Positions 62,333-64,000 of a DNA stretch of 64,000 nt are shown piece after piece. Source of the stretch: Sulfobacillus sp. (GTDB taxonomy: Bacteria; Bacillota; Sulfobacillia; Sulfobacillales; Sulfobacillaceae); the NCBI GenBank assembly GCA_027344105.1, contig DAHWJO010000001.1:10939-74938 (forward strand), given 5' to 3'. Every line of letters begins with the position of its first letter. The first letter of the stretch is position 1. Below the pieces are notes generated by a model. It was not told where the DNA came from and did no database searches. It saw only the letters and a list, made by a program, of their open reading frames with translations. Made by a program: the position numbers and the translations under genes.

Positions 62333-62932
62333 CTACCGGCCCCCTCCCTGGGATGGTGAATCTCCGCCGCCACTTTCCCACAGCGACCACTCCTCCAGCG
62401 TATTGATGTTGGCAATCCATTTCTGTTGGGGGACAGGGATCCACCGGACAGGGTGTCCTGCCAGGAACGACCGGACACGGTGGCCTCCTCCCCGGCGGAA
62501 CCGCTCGAGATCGGAGAGCAGACGGGGAGACCAATATCCGGCCAAAGGCTGCGCATCTTCGTGCCAGACAGGCAATACGCACAAAGTGCCAGCGCTGAGG
62601 TGGGGAGCCAAATACGAAAACAGTGCAGGGCCGGCGCCGACCAGGTCAGAGGCGAGAACGGCCAGGTAATCGGCAGATGTGGCATTCAGGCCCCGCTCAA
62701 TCCCCGCTAGCGGACCCTCTTGGGGACGCAGGTCCACCAGGTCGTCTGGGGAGGGATTTCCATAGCCGCAAGGTCTGGAGATCCACACTGTGGCACACCC
62801 CGCCGCGAGCAGCGTGCGCCTGGCATGCTCAACCCATGTGCCGCCGGCCGGATGGGGCAGCAATCCCTTATCCTGCCCCATCCGGCGGGAAGCCCCCCCG
62901 GCCAGCACCAGACCGTCTAGGCGGATTGTCAT
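62333..62932 (-). CDS. mobA: Molybdenum cofactor guanylyltransferase
   Basis: LAGGASRRMGQDK, GPLAG, ASDL, QPL, NINT; SD AAGGAG before ATG 62932. Confidence 0.92.
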   Translation of the reverse strand: MTIRLDGLVLAGGASRRMGQDKGLLPHPAGGTWVEHARRTLLAAGCATVWISRPCGYGNPSPDDLVDLRPQEGPLAGIERGLNATSADYLAVLASDLVGAGPALFSYLAPHLSAGTLCVLPVWHEDAQPLAGYWSPRLLSDLERFRRGGGHRVRSFLAGHPVRWIPVPQQKWIANINTLEEWSLWESGGGDSPSQGGGR

Positions 62933-63566
62933 CGGTCTTGGCTCCTTTCCGTATATTATAACTCGCATTTCGGTGCGCCAAGCAAAGCTGACCATTGCGG
63001 TGCGCTGCAACTCCGTTCTCCGCACGGATTAGCCCTCCACGGAGAATCGGGTTTTGAATGCGCGTCGCGACCGCCAGACCAAAAACTGCTCAATAATAGG
63101 TTAAAATTTGATGGCTCCTAACGCAATCAGAATTGCTCGCGGTTCTCGGCAGCAGCATAGTACGCTCTCTTACCTGCTCAATACTTGTAACCAACAACAA
63201 ATTCTCACGTTATTTCTAATATATCAAGATGTTCGTGACGGCGGACGTGCTCTTTTCGATGCACGGTGTGAAGGATGGAGGTTGTAACTGAGCGCCTGGG
63301 CTCGGATTAAACGGATCATGACGAAGACGTTGGCATCGCACCATCAGTATTTGAGTGCCTGGTTAGGGTATCGCAAGCGTTATTCTTCGAATGACCAACA
63401 TCTCATTCCCCCGTCGCCACCACGTGGCGAAAGGAGCGACGGGGCATCTTGACGAGGGCCGGGTAACACCCGGGCCGAGGGCACCACCAGACGGACACCA
63501 GGACGGTCAGCCGTTCTCTTCTCCGTCTGGGCTCCTCGGCGGTGAGCTTTCTAACCAGGAGCAGTC

Positions 63567-63917
63567 ATGACAGGAGTATTTTGTCCCAAATATCGGCGAC
63601 CAGTGCTGATCAACGGAGTCGATACGCGACTGAAAGAACTACTCCACACCAAAGCGCATGAACTCCAGACCGCCATCATGGACATGGACGTCATGCCCGA
63701 TCATGTGCATCTCCTCATTCAATGCGACCCGCAATTCGGGATTCATCGGGTGGTCAAACAACTGAAAGGCTATACGTCCCATGTTCTTCGTCAAGAGTTC
63801 CCATCACTGAAACGCCGATTGCCATCGCTTTGGACGAATTCGTATTTTGTGGCCACCGTCGGTGCGGTGCAACTCGATGTAGTCCAGCGCTATATCGAGG
63901 ATCAGAAAGGACAATAA
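63567..63917 (+). CDS. tnpA: IS200-type Y1 HUH transposase, N-terminally truncated
   Basis: FCPKYRR, DHVHLL (HUH), LKGYTS, LWTNSYF, YIEDQK. Confidence 0.92.
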   Translation: MTGVFCPKYRRPVLINGVDTRLKELLHTKAHELQTAIMDMDVMPDHVHLLIQCDPQFGIHRVVKQLKGYTSHVLRQEFPSLKRRLPSLWTNSYFVATVGAVQLDVVQRYIEDQKGQ

Positions 63918-63919
63918 GC

Positions 63920-64000
63920 ATGCGCCAGTCGTGTAAATATCGTCTGTACCCCAATAAGGCACAGCAACAGATAATCGAGGATCCGTTGGAACACTGCCGG
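63920..64000 (+). CDS. tnpB: TnpB (RNA-guided endonuclease family), partial
   Basis: MRQSCKYRLYPNKAQQQ resembles the TnpB HTH start; runs off window. Confidence 0.75.
   Translation, partial: MRQSCKYRLYPNKAQQQIIEDPLEHCR

Larger units (their letters stand above)
63409..64000 (+). mobile_element. IS200/IS605-family element (tnpA + tnpB in tandem), left part, with hairpin-rich 5' region
   Basis: Y1 transposase followed 2 nt later by TnpB N-terminus; 9-bp hairpin CCCCGTCGC/GCGACGGGG at 63409-63444; left boundary uncertain. Confidence 0.8.

Noticed and set aside
62933-63050. Possible Moco riboswitch upstream of mobA (CUCCG, CUAA, GAAA loop, GGAAAGGAG in order)
   Set aside because: Lacks the GCCUCCC anti-SD strand, and a TATAAT sits just upstream of the SD, implying a short leader; would need a cmsearch hit with Rfam MOCO_RNA_motif.
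63288-63452. 54-codon ORF (CTG start after GGAGGT) running into the IS hairpin, as an IS-disrupted gene
   Set aside because: Rare start codon and no recognisable homology; cannot be supported without a search.
1-64000. CRISPR arrays, tRNA and rRNA genes, integrase or prophage structural genes
   Set aside because: No regularly spaced repeats, cloverleaf/CCA patterns, rRNA signatures or phage hallmark proteins were seen by eye.

Overview
Bacillota (Firmicutes) chromosomal segment, GC-rich by eye (not computed). It is probably a spore-forming, CO2-fixing Sulfobacillus-like organism; this is inferred from CbbX, cwlD and the clostridial ribosomal gene order. About 34 kb (6.1-39.9 kb) is the core rpmG-secE-nusG-rplKA-rplJL-rpoBC-str-S10-spc-alpha-ecfAAT-truA cluster. 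Left flank: rpe-cbbX behind a decayed IscB-type IS200/IS605 end, small membrane proteins, a GNAT and a MurE-like pseudogene. An ~11 kb accessory block separates truA from rplM-rpsI. It holds proline dehydrogenase, a MarR-EmrAB-type efflux operon with two adaptors, an SDR, a C2H2 zinc-finger protein beside a CDF exporter, and GntR/nitrilase/diaminopropionate ammonia-lyase. Right flank: HTH-TPR regulator, cwlD, arginase, M20 hydrolase, argF with ARG boxes, fur plus an ArsC/Spx-family gene with an in-frame UGA and SECIS-like hairpin, a molybdenum-cofactor operon, and the start of an IS200/IS605 tnpA-tnpB element. No rRNA, tRNA or CRISPR array was seen. Top leads: (1) the candidate UxxC selenoprotein that the ORF track misses; (2) a eukaryote-type C2H2 finger protein head-to-head with a metal exporter; (3) a putative albizziin/ureido-amino-acid catabolic module; (4) an IscB relic that supplies the start codon and a split RBS for rpe-cbbX.
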